Under the pieces are notes generated by a model. That model made no database searches and was not told the origin of the DNA. It saw only the letters and a program-made list of their open reading frames with translations. Both the position numbers and the translations under genes were made by a program. 64,000 nucleotides of DNA from Ascoidea asiatica JCM 7603. Taxonomy: Eukaryota > Fungi > Ascomycota. How positions within the stretch are numbered: position 1 is the stretch's first letter; each line of letters begins with the position of its first letter. Location of the stretch: positions 783,931-847,930 of the forward strand of contig BCKQ01000004.1 in the NCBI GenBank assembly GCA_001600695.1. Reading direction: 5' to 3'. Below, piece after piece: positions 33,472-45,229 of the stretch.

Positions 33472-36400
33472 ATGAATCTTCGTTCTTCTTCTTTTCAATT
33501 TCATGTTAATAATAGAAGAACTGCAAGCCTTGAGCCTAACTTTAATATAAACTCAAATCAAATTCAAATTCAAATTCAAAATCAAAATCAAAATCAAAAT
33601 CAAAATCAAAATCAAAATCAAAATCAAAATCAAAATCAGAATCAAAATCAGAATCCAATTAATTCTAGTCTAAATCCTATTGTAATATCAAATCTTTCTC
33701 AATCTCAACATTACTCTCAATCTCTGAATCAAATACATGAACAGCATCAACAACAAGCTCCATATAATTTATATTTACCTGATAATTCAAGGTCTCCGGT
33801 AACAACAATAATGAATCGTTCAACAACCTCAAATTCAAATATAGAATCTTTTCCAAATCAAGAATCAAGCGCTATGAATCATTCAATCAGTAGGACTAGT
33901 CATTCAAGTAGTAGCCAAAGTAACTCTATTTTATCCACAAATTCTTATTCCCAATCTCAAACTCTTCCTTTACCTCAAAGTCAACCCCAATCTCAGTCAC
34001 TATCACAATCCCAACTTCAACATCAACCACGTCCAAATTCTCTTCCTAGTAGTCATTCCCATGATCGAACATTATCTCAGTCCCAGCTTCAAGTTAGACT
34101 TCCTTTTGAATCTCAGTCACAATCACTACCTCGAATTCCAATACAATCTGAACTTCCACCTCAATATGAATCTCATCCACTACCTCACTCCCAACCCTTA
34201 TCCCATTCCCATTCTCAACCTCATAATCGTTCTCATTTATATTCGCATAATAGAAGTTCGTCACATTCAAATAATAGTAGAAAATCTAAAGATTCTGATT
34301 CTGCTGGAAAATTCGAAAATAAATGTCCATTTGGATGTTGTAGAAAAGAAAATGTTAGTGATTTTATATTTAGAAGAGGTTACTTGGATGGTGCATGTTC
34401 TGATATAACAATAAAGGCATTTGATAAAAAATTTCATTTACATAAATTATTATTAGATAGATCAGGTTATTTCAATTCTTTATTTACTGGAGAATGGAAT
34501 GATTCAAATTCTAATTTTTTGGAATTAAGTTTTGATGATGAATATATTACTCCAAAATCTTTCGATTTAGCTATAAAAAATCTTTATGGTGGAATTAATG
34601 AAAAAGCTGAAAAAGATTTGGCTATAAATATGATTGCAATTGGTAGCTTTCTTGATATTCCAGATATTGTTTGTACTGCAACTGAAAATATTATTCAAGA
34701 TTTAAATTTTAATAATTTAGATTATTATGTAGATTTTGCAATGAGTCAGGATTATCCTTTAGCTTCTGAAAGAATAATTGATAGTATAAGAGGATTATTA
34801 TCCATAAATGGTTGGCAAAATGGTATAAAGAGATGGGATTCTGTTCCTGCCTCAATAATTTCCGATGTTGTTGGGAGCAATAGCTTTTTTGTGCCTGATG
34901 AATGGGAAAGATGTTCATTTATCATAAGGCTTATTGATAGAAGATTAAGAACAATAAGAGATCTTAAAAATAAATTTTCAAAACAAAATAATTTGAGTAA
35001 ATCTACTTTACAGATTGATAAGATAGATAAAATTGACCATAAAAAAATAATTCACAAAAATAATACTTCAGACTCAAAAGCTTCATCAATTTCATCATTA
35101 GATGAAGAAACTCATATTGATTATGTTGAAAATGAAATTATAATTCTTAAAAAAACGTTAAATAATAAAGTATATTATTGCCATTTGAAACCTGAACAAT
35201 TACAAGAATTGGAATTATTAAAGGATATAAATGGAGAAAGTTTTGTGGATTTAAACATTTTGAAAGATGCATTGTGGTCTCAAATGTCATTGCAAAAAAC
35301 TATATTGACTACACCAAATAATGAAAAAACTTTAGGATTGAGTAAAGAAAATCATAAAGAGCCTGATCATAAAAATACATGGCATAAAATACCAACAAAT
35401 GATGGAACATTTTATGGAGCACCGAAAAGTTTAGAAAAATCTATGATGAGTAATCAATTTGTTAAAAATAAAAGTGAAAGTAAAAAGGAAAAAGAAGAAA
35501 ATAAGCATGAAAATAAAAAACTAAATATAAATTCCATAAATTTAAATTCAAATTTGATAGAAGAAAAGAAATATAGTTGGACGAAGTATCCACCTTTTCG
35601 ATTTTCAATTGCATTTACAAATATTTCAAATTTATCTTTAAAAACAAGGGCCTATGGAAAAGTATTTTGGTATGCAGGATCATATTGGAATCTTTACGTT
35701 CAAAAAATATTGTCAAATAATAAAAAGTTTCAACTAGGAGTTTATCTTCATAAAGCAACAGCAGCAGGACCTTCAAAATCAGGAGTTAGTAATAATGATA
35801 TTTTTGATCGTATCAATATCCAAGAGTTGAATTCACTTGACCAAAATGAAAATGTGATATTTGATGATGATGAGTTATTGTTAAGATGTGGATTGATAGA
35901 CTGCGATGGAAATGATAATCTTGGAAATCCTAGAAACAAAAACAAGCCTAAAAATCATAGAAGTAATAGAAATAATATCAATAACAGAAATGAAGGAAAT
36001 AATAGAAATAGTGGAAATATTGGAAATAGACATAGCAGAGAAGCTTATAATGTTGATGATAGTACAGATGATTCCACATACCCTGATCTAACTACGGAAG
36101 AAAGTGAAGTTGATGATGTTACTATTAATAATATACTTCAAAATTTAAATTTCGAAGTATCACATACAATGAATACTAGCTCTTCAGTACCAAATATTGT
36201 TAATAGATTTTTAGCAAGTAGTGGAACAAATAATAGTAATGAAAGTGAATTAGTCGCATACGGGGAAGAAAATAGATTAGATAATGAGAATGAAAATGAC
36301 GAAGCTAATGATGGAGATAATGACGATTTAGATGATGATAATGATAATGATAGTAGAATAGATGATGGCTATAACGAAAGTTTTTATGATACAGATAACG

Positions 36401-36918
36401 AGGATCGTAAAAATATGGATGATCTCAATATTAATCAAGAATCAACAGATAACAATTACGGTATTAATGAGCTTTCATATTCAGAGTCATATACAAATTT
36501 GACAGGCACTTTGAATAGGTTATCCAATTTAAATTTCTATTCCAATATGTATGGTTCAAATGAAAACGCAGATGCTCTCCTAAATAATAATGAAGGTAAT
36601 AACAGTGATAGCGGGAAGTCATCAATAGTTTTGAAAAATGATTTGAACAGTTCGAATATACCATTTTGGGGAAAAAAATCATCATTATTAGATTATAAGG
36701 ATGAACGAAAAAAAATTTCGGTATATTTTATTGTTTACACACCTTCAAGAAAGTCCAAAAATACATTGACTTGTTTCACAAGTTCACCAGATTTTTTCAA
36801 TACAAATCAAAGTTGGGGCTGGAAAAGCAATAGCATGTGTAGTTTTAACGAGAATGGTAATTTCTCAGAAGGCCAAACAAAAATTTTGAAGTTTATGGTG
36901 GTATTGGGAAACACATGA
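33472..36918 (+). CDS. BTB/POZ-domain protein (germ cell-less/S. pombe Btb2-like) with split C-terminal MATH-like region
   Basis: SDITIKAFDKKFHLHKLLLDRSGYF, FFVPDEWER, PPFRFS, YAGSYWNLYVQK, QSWGWKS, LKFMVVLG. Confidence 0.8.
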   Translation: MNLRSSSFQFHVNNRRTASLEPNFNINSNQIQIQIQNQNQNQNQNQNQNQNQNQNQNQNQNPINSSLNPIVISNLSQSQHYSQSLNQIHEQHQQQAPYNLYLPDNSRSPVTTIMNRSTTSNSNIESFPNQESSAMNHSISRTSHSSSSQSNSILSTNSYSQSQTLPLPQSQPQSQSLSQSQLQHQPRPNSLPSSHSHDRTLSQSQLQVRLPFESQSQSLPRIPIQSELPPQYESHPLPHSQPLSHSHSQPHNRSHLYSHNRSSSHSNNSRKSKDSDSAGKFENKCPFGCCRKENVSDFIFRRGYLDGACSDITIKAFDKKFHLHKLLLDRSGYFNSLFTGEWNDSNSNFLELSFDDEYITPKSFDLAIKNLYGGINEKAEKDLAINMIAIGSFLDIPDIVCTATENIIQDLNFNNLDYYVDFAMSQDYPLASERIIDSIRGLLSINGWQNGIKRWDSVPASIISDVVGSNSFFVPDEWERCSFIIRLIDRRLRTIRDLKNKFSKQNNLSKSTLQIDKIDKIDHKKIIHKNNTSDSKASSISSLDEETHIDYVENEIIILKKTLNNKVYYCHLKPEQLQELELLKDINGESFVDLNILKDALWSQMSLQKTILTTPNNEKTLGLSKENHKEPDHKNTWHKIPTNDGTFYGAPKSLEKSMMSNQFVKNKSESKKEKEENKHENKKLNINSINLNSNLIEEKKYSWTKYPPFRFSIAFTNISNLSLKTRAYGKVFWYAGSYWNLYVQKILSNNKKFQLGVYLHKATAAGPSKSGVSNNDIFDRINIQELNSLDQNENVIFDDDELLLRCGLIDCDGNDNLGNPRNKNKPKNHRSNRNNINNRNEGNNRNSGNIGNRHSREAYNVDDSTDDSTYPDLTTEESEVDDVTINNILQNLNFEVSHTMNTSSSVPNIVNRFLASSGTNNSNESELVAYGEENRLDNENENDEANDGDNDDLDDDNDNDSRIDDGYNESFYDTDNEDRKNMDDLNINQESTDNNYGINELSYSESYTNLTGTLNRLSNLNFYSNMYGSNENADALLNNNEGNNSDSGKSSIVLKNDLNSSNIPFWGKKSSLLDYKDERKKISVYFIVYTPSRKSKNTLTCFTSSPDFFNTNQSWGWKSNSMCSFNENGNFSEGQTKILKFMVVLGNT
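33559..33654 (+). repeat. (CAAATT)3(CAAAAT)~13 coding microsatellite, (QI)n(QN)n
   Basis: Seen directly in the sequence. Confidence 0.9.
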
Positions 36919-37411
36919 ATTGATTTCAGAGAATTAAAATAGATTATTTTTGCATAATTATATACTTTGAAATGAAAAAAAAAAAAAAATAAGTAAAATT
37001 TAAAAATATTCGATTTACAGGGCACTCGTCCTGTAATGTGCAAGGGGTTGACCTATATTCTTCTAAAGTACAGCCGCTAGAAGCCAGCCACTGCTGCCTG
37101 CACATTGTACCGGCCCACTCTAAAAAATAAGATTGATACTCCACCTGCAGCATTGAATGGAGAAACTGGATTCACCAAAGTAGTGACACCTTCTTTTTTC
37201 AAACAATATTACCATTTTCTATTCTCACTGAGGGTTTATATTGAAATTTATGTATTTTGTTAAAATAGGAAGTAATATTTATCACATTATAATATATGAT
37301 AAAATACTAGTTTAGAGCTTATTTTCCTTCATTATTGTGTGAAATGGTGGAAACAAATCCAATAAATCAAATCATAATCAACTGAATTCTTAAATTGAAA
37401 ACCATTAAATA

Positions 37412-40400
37412 ATGAATAATGATGAAAAAAGTTCTGGTTCAACAAGTCCCTCAAGCTCTCCAATCACAATACATTCTAAATTGGTTTCTTCTCTGACTTT
37501 GAGTAATTCCACGGAAAAGATATCAACTACTGTTTCGAATTTATCCACTTCGTTAATATCAACTGCAAATTCTCAAAATAAGAAAAAAAAACATTCTATA
37601 GATAATGGGAATCAAAAAAATAATAATCGAAGGCTCAGCTTAATTTCAAATTCAAATTTAAATTCAAACAAAGATAAAGGTAAGGATGGGATTCCGGTAC
37701 AGGAGCCAGGAGATTTTAAAATATTCAAGAATTCAAAAGATTCCAAAGAGCCTGAAATCCCAAAAGATTCAAATGATTCAAAAGATTCGAAAGACTCAAC
37801 CCCCAAAGAAGATTTGAAGTCAATAAATAAAAAAAGAAAAATAACAAGAAAAAGATCGTCAACTGCATGCCAAACATGTCGGCTAAAAAAAATCAAATGT
37901 GATAATCAAAGACCAGTTTGTGGGGCTTGTCAAAAAAATAAAACTAAAGGATATAATATTAGTAATGTTTGTATATATAATGATTCAGATATGACAAAAA
38001 ATTATTCAACCTTTGATCCTGCAACTTTGGATATTTTAACCAAAATCAATTCATTATCTCAATTTTTAACTAAAATGAAACAACCTGAAAAAAATATCAA
38101 TGAAACTCAGATTAAACAAACAAACAACATCAGTGTTTCTACAAACGATTTCTTAACTTCAATTGGAGGTTTCACAAATCTTTTACAGTTAGAAAATTTA
38201 GTAGCGACTTTAACTGATTTGCAAATCAAGCTAAATTTAGCAAATACAAATAATAATATAGATAATAATAATTTTTTAAATTCTAATTTTAATAATGATT
38301 TCAATAACAATTTCAATAATTTCAATGATAATTATAATTCCAATAACAATAATAATCTCAATAATGATAATCTCAATAGTAATAATCTCAATAATAATAA
38401 TTTTAACAACAATTTTAATAATAATTTTAATAATAATTTAGATCTAACTCAATTTAATTTTCAGCAAGACTCTTTACTTAAAAATGAATATATTACTCCA
38501 AATGTAAATCAAAATGAATTACAAAATGAAGTTCAACAATCTAACAATTTCAAAAATGCAAATGTAGATGATGAGGACGATGAATATCAATTAGATAACT
38601 TACTTGAAGATAACTTTGGTATGATGCCATCTTGGAGTTCATGTAATTGGGATGTTGGTGTTGAAAGATTACTTAAATGGCCAATTTTTGAAAATAAATT
38701 CAATTTTGTTTCAAATATAATTAGTATTTTATCAAGAGATACAAAAGATAAAAGAAATGATTTACTTAATTTTACCAGAGATTTTACTTTTGATACTCCT
38801 GTTAATCATAAAAATAAAAATAAAGATAATAACAATGCTAATAATCAAAGGAATATCAACAATATAAAAATTATTGATCCAGTTCAAACACAGACTAATA
38901 ATATAAACTCTCTTGCTTCTTTTAACTCTCCAAGTGATATATTTACTGTTCAGAATAATCAAACCATCAACTCACAATTAGTAGTTGATAATGATAAGCA
39001 AAATGATACTCAAACTACTCAAACTAGCAATGCTCGATTAGAATTACAACAGATTTCTGAACCATTTATTTATAAGAAGAACTTGCCAAATTTAACTTTT
39101 CATAACTTATCAAGGCTTTTGGAATTGGAACCAATAATTTTCAAATATTTAAATTTTTGGATTAAAAAATTTTTAGCAGATGTTCATACTAAAAATCCAT
39201 TTTTGGATGATATAAAACTAATAAAAACTTCAAATTTTCTAATCCATAAATATGAGCTATTTTTAAAAAATAATGAAAACTTTAGTAATGATTATCACAA
39301 AAATTTTACATTTACATCAGATATTTATAATAATATAAATTATAAAAAGCAATGTAATATCATTAAAAGAAATTTTCTGCAGAATAAAAGTTTTTTTTTA
39401 TTGAATTATAACTATAGCATTGCTGCTTACTCTTCGTTACCAACTCTCTTGATGTGTTGTTCTTTAGCCTTATTATCTAGTGATTTTCGAAATTCCAAAG
39501 ATAATAATTATCTTGATTACAAATCTTCTTTAATAGAAAGGGACTTTAATGGAAAACTAGAATTAAGTTATGAAATAGCTCAATTTGCAAAACAATTCCA
39601 TTACTTATTAAAAGATGATTTATTATTATCTTCCAGTTCAAATTCAGGTCCACCTACTTTCATAGTTCCTTCACAACCACATTTCTCAAATCAGCAGGCA
39701 GATATAAATTCCAATTTAATTAATGGCAGTCTTCACAATATAGTTAATAATCAAAATGATACTCAAGTAATTGGAAACAATCTTGAAATCGTAGATCATA
39801 AATATTATAACAAACATGATTATAACTCATATTGTGGTGTTGAGTTTGATCTCTTGTCAGGAATGTATCAGATGTATCTTTTGAAACCTTTTGATGCGTG
39901 GAAAAGCTTTATGCGAGCAAGTGAATTATTGATTCAAACCTTAGAATTTGAAAATTCTGAAGGTGAATATTCTTTAATATCTTCAGAAGGAAGTATTAAT
40001 AAAGACAATGCTGCTGGTCAAAATCCTACTAATAGTTCTGATTTCTTATTAGATAAAGATGACGTGGAAAGATTAAAAGGAAGGTTATATTGGTCATGTC
40101 TAAAAAATGAATGTGAATTGAAAGTGAAATTGTCTCCTTTTTTTCCAACTTCCGGAATAGTTAATTTTGTTCCTCCAAAGTTGTTCCCAACGATGGATGA
40201 TTCTCAACTATATTCCCAGGGAACATTGTCTACAACATCAGAAGGCCCAGAAACTGGAAGTTCGGGACAAAATACACTCAATAGTTCTCTTGTTAGTTTC
40301 AATAAAGAAAGTAATTGGTTTGCATATGTAACCGATATCTATTATCGAAATATTGAAAACAGGCTTCTAAATGAATTTTTTTTGATAAATTCTAATAATA

Positions 40401-41047
40401 AGTTTTCAAAAGCTCCTTCACATTCCAAATTTCAAGCAATAGTAGAAAATAATTGGTTAAATATTCCTCTTGGATATTTAATATCTCGAACCAAAAAATA
40501 TCTTGATAAATTAGAACTTACTGCCAAAAATCTTAAAATATCTCCTAAATATTTAGAAATTTTAAATTATAATCGGGATGAGAAAATGCCTGAAGCATTA
40601 GTTTTTATTCCTGCTCGTCAAAGTTCACTAAAGACGTATTTGTTTCAGCCAATACTATATAAGGTAAGTGTAATGGATAACTTACCAAAAAGTTATAAGA
40701 GTACCTTCATTAATTATGAAAAATATCTTTCAGCTGATTTAATTTTTCTTCTACAAGAGCTTTCAAAAACTATTTTTTATTTCACTGTGGATATCAAGTT
40801 AAACTCTCATCGTCATCATGGTTCATGGTTTCGTCTAAGAGATTTATTTTTATCTGCAATTGAGCTATTGGTAATTTTTAGAAAATTCGGTGAGTTTTTT
40901 TTTAAGAAAGAAAAATTAGTTGAACATATTGTAAGTTGTATTAAAACATTCAAGTATTGGAAAGATGAATGTCCTGAGCTTGAAGGGTATCATGATTTGG
41001 TTGAAGGATTATTTACAAAGTTCGAACAAGATTATGTTTCTCAATAA
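37412..41047 (+). CDS. Zn(II)2Cys6 fungal transcription factor
   Basis: ACQTCRLKKIKCDNQRPVCGAC..C; VHTKNPFLD, RLYWSCLKNECEL, HRHHGSWF. Confidence 0.92.
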   Translation: MNNDEKSSGSTSPSSSPITIHSKLVSSLTLSNSTEKISTTVSNLSTSLISTANSQNKKKKHSIDNGNQKNNNRRLSLISNSNLNSNKDKGKDGIPVQEPGDFKIFKNSKDSKEPEIPKDSNDSKDSKDSTPKEDLKSINKKRKITRKRSSTACQTCRLKKIKCDNQRPVCGACQKNKTKGYNISNVCIYNDSDMTKNYSTFDPATLDILTKINSLSQFLTKMKQPEKNINETQIKQTNNISVSTNDFLTSIGGFTNLLQLENLVATLTDLQIKLNLANTNNNIDNNNFLNSNFNNDFNNNFNNFNDNYNSNNNNNLNNDNLNSNNLNNNNFNNNFNNNFNNNLDLTQFNFQQDSLLKNEYITPNVNQNELQNEVQQSNNFKNANVDDEDDEYQLDNLLEDNFGMMPSWSSCNWDVGVERLLKWPIFENKFNFVSNIISILSRDTKDKRNDLLNFTRDFTFDTPVNHKNKNKDNNNANNQRNINNIKIIDPVQTQTNNINSLASFNSPSDIFTVQNNQTINSQLVVDNDKQNDTQTTQTSNARLELQQISEPFIYKKNLPNLTFHNLSRLLELEPIIFKYLNFWIKKFLADVHTKNPFLDDIKLIKTSNFLIHKYELFLKNNENFSNDYHKNFTFTSDIYNNINYKKQCNIIKRNFLQNKSFFLLNYNYSIAAYSSLPTLLMCCSLALLSSDFRNSKDNNYLDYKSSLIERDFNGKLELSYEIAQFAKQFHYLLKDDLLLSSSSNSGPPTFIVPSQPHFSNQQADINSNLINGSLHNIVNNQNDTQVIGNNLEIVDHKYYNKHDYNSYCGVEFDLLSGMYQMYLLKPFDAWKSFMRASELLIQTLEFENSEGEYSLISSEGSINKDNAAGQNPTNSSDFLLDKDDVERLKGRLYWSCLKNECELKVKLSPFFPTSGIVNFVPPKLFPTMDDSQLYSQGTLSTTSEGPETGSSGQNTLNSSLVSFNKESNWFAYVTDIYYRNIENRLLNEFFLINSNNKFSKAPSHSKFQAIVENNWLNIPLGYLISRTKKYLDKLELTAKNLKISPKYLEILNYNRDEKMPEALVFIPARQSSLKTYLFQPILYKVSVMDNLPKSYKSTFINYEKYLSADLIFLLQELSKTIFYFTVDIKLNSHRHHGSWFRLRDLFLSAIELLVIFRKFGEFFFKKEKLVEHIVSCIKTFKYWKDECPELEGYHDLVEGLFTKFEQDYVSQ

Positions 41048-41154
41048 TCTAGTTTTGAAGATAGTTTAATATTGGTTAGCTGGGCAAAGAAAAAAAAAAA
41101 GTTAAAAAATGCGAATAAAAAAATTTAGACTTTTTAAAATTGGAAGCTATTGTA

Positions 41155-42420
41155 TTAAATAGGTGGATGTTTATTTTTTATATGTCTATTCAAAGAATCT
41201 TTTCGACTTGATTCTTTTCCACAAATTGTACATTTTAAAGGCTTACAAGTTTGTTTATTTTTTGCATAAGCTAGTTTGTCTAATCTTACAGCCTCTTCTA
41301 TAGAAGAATAAGTGATTTCAGGTAATACACAAAGGTGAACTTGTCTAACATGCCTTTTGAGTTCATGTCTTCTTGGAAATTTTATTAAACTCCATTCACA
41401 ATCAATATCAGGACATGGATATGGCCTATTTTTTTCACAATCGATTATATGTGCTAGCATTTCCCAACCAGTTTTCATATTTGGAACTTTACAACATTTA
41501 AAATTTCCAGATTTAGATTTTGATAAATTAAATTGAAGATTAATATTATTATCTAATTGCTTATGATATTCAAATTTTAATCTTTGAACATGTTGACTTT
41601 TTAAAATCAGACGTTGATTTTCTTTAATTAAAATATGATCATCTTTACTAATTTGAGGATAAGTACTTGAAGTAAGAATTATACTATTATTATTTAATGG
41701 AGAGGCTAAATTGGAAGTCGAGGTTGAGGTAGAGGCAGTAGATGAAGATGAAGATGAAGAAGATGAAGAAGAAGAAGAAGAAGAAGATGATGATGATGAT
41801 GAATTAATAGAAAAAGTACCATAACTAGAACCAGAAGTAGAATTATTTGTATTGTAATTGTTATTATTATTATAATTTAGTGAAGATGGAGTTGGTAATG
41901 AACTTATTGAATTTCTTGGAGAAATATTTTCAATACTTGGACTTGAAATACTATTCGGAGAATTATTTAATTGATTTAAAATTTTTAAATTTGGAGAACT
42001 TAGTGAATAATTTTTATTTGAAATTAAATGAAGATTGTTTTTATTACTTGATAATGAATTATATGAAAATTTTATATTTTGAATTGAATTATTGAATGAA
42101 TTATTAAAAGAATTATTAAAAGAGATATTGTTGGATATTGGTATAAATGGAGGTTTTAAATTAGATATATTTGGATCAATTAGAGTATTTGAATTGTTAA
42201 AATTATTCAAATTATTAGCATTATTAAGAGTATTAAGATTATTATCAGTTGTATTAAACCATGAATTAAGAAACTCATTTGAGCTATTACTATTATTATT
42301 ATTACTATTACTTTTATTAGTATTTTTATTATTATTAGAAGTTAGATTATTCATTGTAGTAAGGGTTTTTTTTGAATTATTAGAATCTTGTAACTTTATA
42401 AGTTTTTTATCCTTTGACAT
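41155..42420 (-). CDS. C2H2 zinc-finger protein with Asn/Ser-rich N-terminus
   Basis: RPYPCPDIDC..FPRRHELKRHVRQVH and CTICGKESSRKDSLNRHIKNKH. Confidence 0.85.
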   Translation of the reverse strand: MSKDKKLIKLQDSNNSKKTLTTMNNLTSNNNKNTNKSNSNNNNSNSSNEFLNSWFNTTDNNLNTLNNANNLNNFNNSNTLIDPNISNLKPPFIPISNNISFNNSFNNSFNNSIQNIKFSYNSLSSNKNNLHLISNKNYSLSSPNLKILNQLNNSPNSISSPSIENISPRNSISSLPTPSSLNYNNNNNYNTNNSTSGSSYGTFSINSSSSSSSSSSSSSSSSSSSSSTASTSTSTSNLASPLNNNSIILTSSTYPQISKDDHILIKENQRLILKSQHVQRLKFEYHKQLDNNINLQFNLSKSKSGNFKCCKVPNMKTGWEMLAHIIDCEKNRPYPCPDIDCEWSLIKFPRRHELKRHVRQVHLCVLPEITYSSIEEAVRLDKLAYAKNKQTCKPLKCTICGKESSRKDSLNRHIKNKHPPI

Positions 42421-43656
42421 TATTACGAATTTTGAATGTGAAAACTATATTAAAATCTATTTTATTGATATTATTGAAAAAAAATAGATCATTGAAATAA
42501 TAAATAGAGATAACATTATTGAAGAAAAAGGAAATATGCTATTCAATTTATACTTCATTTTTATAAGATAGAAAATTTTTAAAAAAATAGAGGAATAGAA
42601 GATCAAAAATATATCAGATTTATCAGTTATGTTAAATTACTATAGTTATAGAATTGATATAAATAAAAGTAAAATTGAAAATTAGAAAATCAAATCATTG
42701 TAAAAATAAAATTGTTTGAGTATAAATAAAGTATTGTTTAATAGTGCTTTTGATTACATTTAAAGTTGATTTTGTAAGTTAAATATCGAACTTAATTATC
42801 ACTTTTGAAACTTCCAGACATAAATAAGTGAGAAAAAAAACAAGAAGAAACACAGAAAACCAACCTAAAGCAAGAGTAGGTCAGATGGGCACTAAAAAAC
42901 AAATTCTTCGCAGTTTGGAAATTGAGTTTAGGTTCTTGTTTTAAATTAAAACCAATTACAGTTACACCGAAGAAAAAAAAGTGCAAGCTCGAAGTCATTT
43001 CCCAGGGATAAAAAGAGCTGAAACTTCAGGAAATAAGACAAATGGTTTAGGGATATTACTGCAGCAGTATGAAGTTGCATTTGTGGATGTTTTTTGTCGC
43101 ACAATGATAAAGAACCCCAGAAATAAAAGCTCACAAAACCCAGATCCATCCTGAAAGCGTTCCAAAAGTTCTCCAGAAAGTTCCTAGAAAATTCCCATGT
43201 TCCAGCAGTCAACCAACTGCGACATCCCAATCGGGCAACTGCAGGATTCACTCACTTGGTTCGGCTTTCGGATTGAGTGTGGTGTGTGTACTGGGTGGGC
43301 GTAGTGTGTTTAGTAATATACTTTATATATTTACATGGCGCAGTAAATAATGGATGTGGTTGGTGTTTTGTGGATGGAAAGTTGGCGTAAGGCTGTGCAA
43401 CTTTTTCTGCGCCGAGTGCCTCATTTCACATTCCAGTTCCGAGGGTGTATGTGGATGGTGATCACTGCCTGCTTCTTTTGGGATTGTCAATGGTGCTTGT
43501 GCTTTTTCTTTAACCACCACTAAGATCTGAAATGTGGAGCATTTTTCAAATAAATGTATATTGCCATAACAGTTATACTCAGACAATGATAAAATAATAT
43601 ATCAAATAATATCACAATTGACTTCAACTTATATAAATACACTTCTAATTTCCACA

Positions 43657-45120
43657 ATGCCTTCTGAGAAAGATGTAGATCAAATCTTAGGACTTTTAGG
43701 TAAAAAAAGACCAATAACTGTTCATAACATATCCACTGACAAAGATTATCAATTTCAAAATTTAATTCAAATGACAGAATATTCTAATATCAAAGCAGAA
43801 ATTGAATTTGAAAATAAAAATAGTTTAAATTTCATCAATTCATTAAAAACAAGAACTATAATTGATCAAAAAAAAACTGAAGAACTTTGTTTAGAAAAAT
43901 ATACAAAATTTATTGAAAAAGATATTGTACCAAAATTATTAACTTCTTTACATTTAAAATATTTAAATTATTCATTAAAAAATCCTTTACATAAAAATTT
44001 TGTTAAATTAGATGCTTCTCAAACTTGGATAATTTATTGGCTAATTAATTCAATTAATTTATTAGATTTAAAAGCTGATAATTCATTAATAAATGATGAC
44101 AAAAAATCATTATATGAAAATTTAAGTAAAAGAATAATATCAACTATCGATTATAAAAATGGTGGTTTAGGTGGTGGTTTAGGTCAATTAGGTCATATTG
44201 GTTCAACTTATGCAGGAATTTTATCTCTTGCAATTTTAAAAAATTATAAAGATTGGGATATTTTACCAAGATCTCAATTTTATAATTGGATTATGAATAA
44301 TTTAAAACAAAAAGATGGTTCTTTTATAATGTCTATAGATGGTGAAAAAGATGTAAGAGCTGTATATTGTGTATTAACTGTTGCTTCTTTATTGAATATT
44401 TTAACTGAAGATTTAATTCTTGGAGTTCCAGAATGGTTAGCTTCTTGTCAAACTTATGAAGGTGGTTTTGGTGCTACTCCAGATACCGAAGCTCATGGAG
44501 GTTATACATTTTGTGCAGTTGCAAGTCTTTGTCTTTTAGGTAAACCTTGTGAAATGTTAAAGAAATATTGTAATTTTGATAAATTAATTAAATGGTTAGT
44601 ATCAAGACAATATAATATTGAAGGTGGATTTTCTGGTAGAACAAATAAATTAGTTGATGCTTGTTATAGTCATTGGGTTGCATCAATTTCCCCATTTATT
44701 GAAATGGCTTTACAAACTGAAAATTCTGAAAATAAAAAAATTTCAATAATATCTAGAAATTCTTTACAAAATTATATATTAGCTTGTTGTCAAGATACAA
44801 ATTATGGAGGTTTAAAAGATAAACCTGGAATGAATCCAGATTTTTATCATTCAAATTATGCATTATGCGGTTTATCATCATGTCAAAATCAATTTACATT
44901 TAATTATAAAAGATATAATAAATTTAAAAATAAAAATAATTTCCAATTAGATTCTTCTGCATATTCAATAGATTCAGAAACTTGGAAAGATTCAAAAATT
45001 ATTGATATTTATTCAGAAAATTTAGTTGGTAAAATTAATCCAATATTTGGTTTACCAGAAGGTTATGCAGAAACTATGAATCTATATTTTAAAAATATTG
45101 ATCAAAAATCTAAGAAATGA
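43657..45120 (+). CDS. RAM1: Protein farnesyltransferase beta subunit
   Basis: LDASQTWIIYW, GEKDVRAVYC, CQTYEGGF, EAHGGYTFC, GRTNKLVDACYSHW, DKPG..DFYH; first ATG at 43657. Confidence 0.93.
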   Translation: MPSEKDVDQILGLLGKKRPITVHNISTDKDYQFQNLIQMTEYSNIKAEIEFENKNSLNFINSLKTRTIIDQKKTEELCLEKYTKFIEKDIVPKLLTSLHLKYLNYSLKNPLHKNFVKLDASQTWIIYWLINSINLLDLKADNSLINDDKKSLYENLSKRIISTIDYKNGGLGGGLGQLGHIGSTYAGILSLAILKNYKDWDILPRSQFYNWIMNNLKQKDGSFIMSIDGEKDVRAVYCVLTVASLLNILTEDLILGVPEWLASCQTYEGGFGATPDTEAHGGYTFCAVASLCLLGKPCEMLKKYCNFDKLIKWLVSRQYNIEGGFSGRTNKLVDACYSHWVASISPFIEMALQTENSENKKISIISRNSLQNYILACCQDTNYGGLKDKPGMNPDFYHSNYALCGLSSCQNQFTFNYKRYNKFKNKNNFQLDSSAYSIDSETWKDSKIIDIYSENLVGKINPIFGLPEGYAETMNLYFKNIDQKSKK

Positions 45121-45156
45121 TACTATATTTAAATGAATAAAAAAAAATTTATATAA

Positions 45157-45192
<36 letters not shown>

Positions 45193-45229
45193 TTATATAT
45201 AATGATTAAAAATGAATATTTGAATAAAA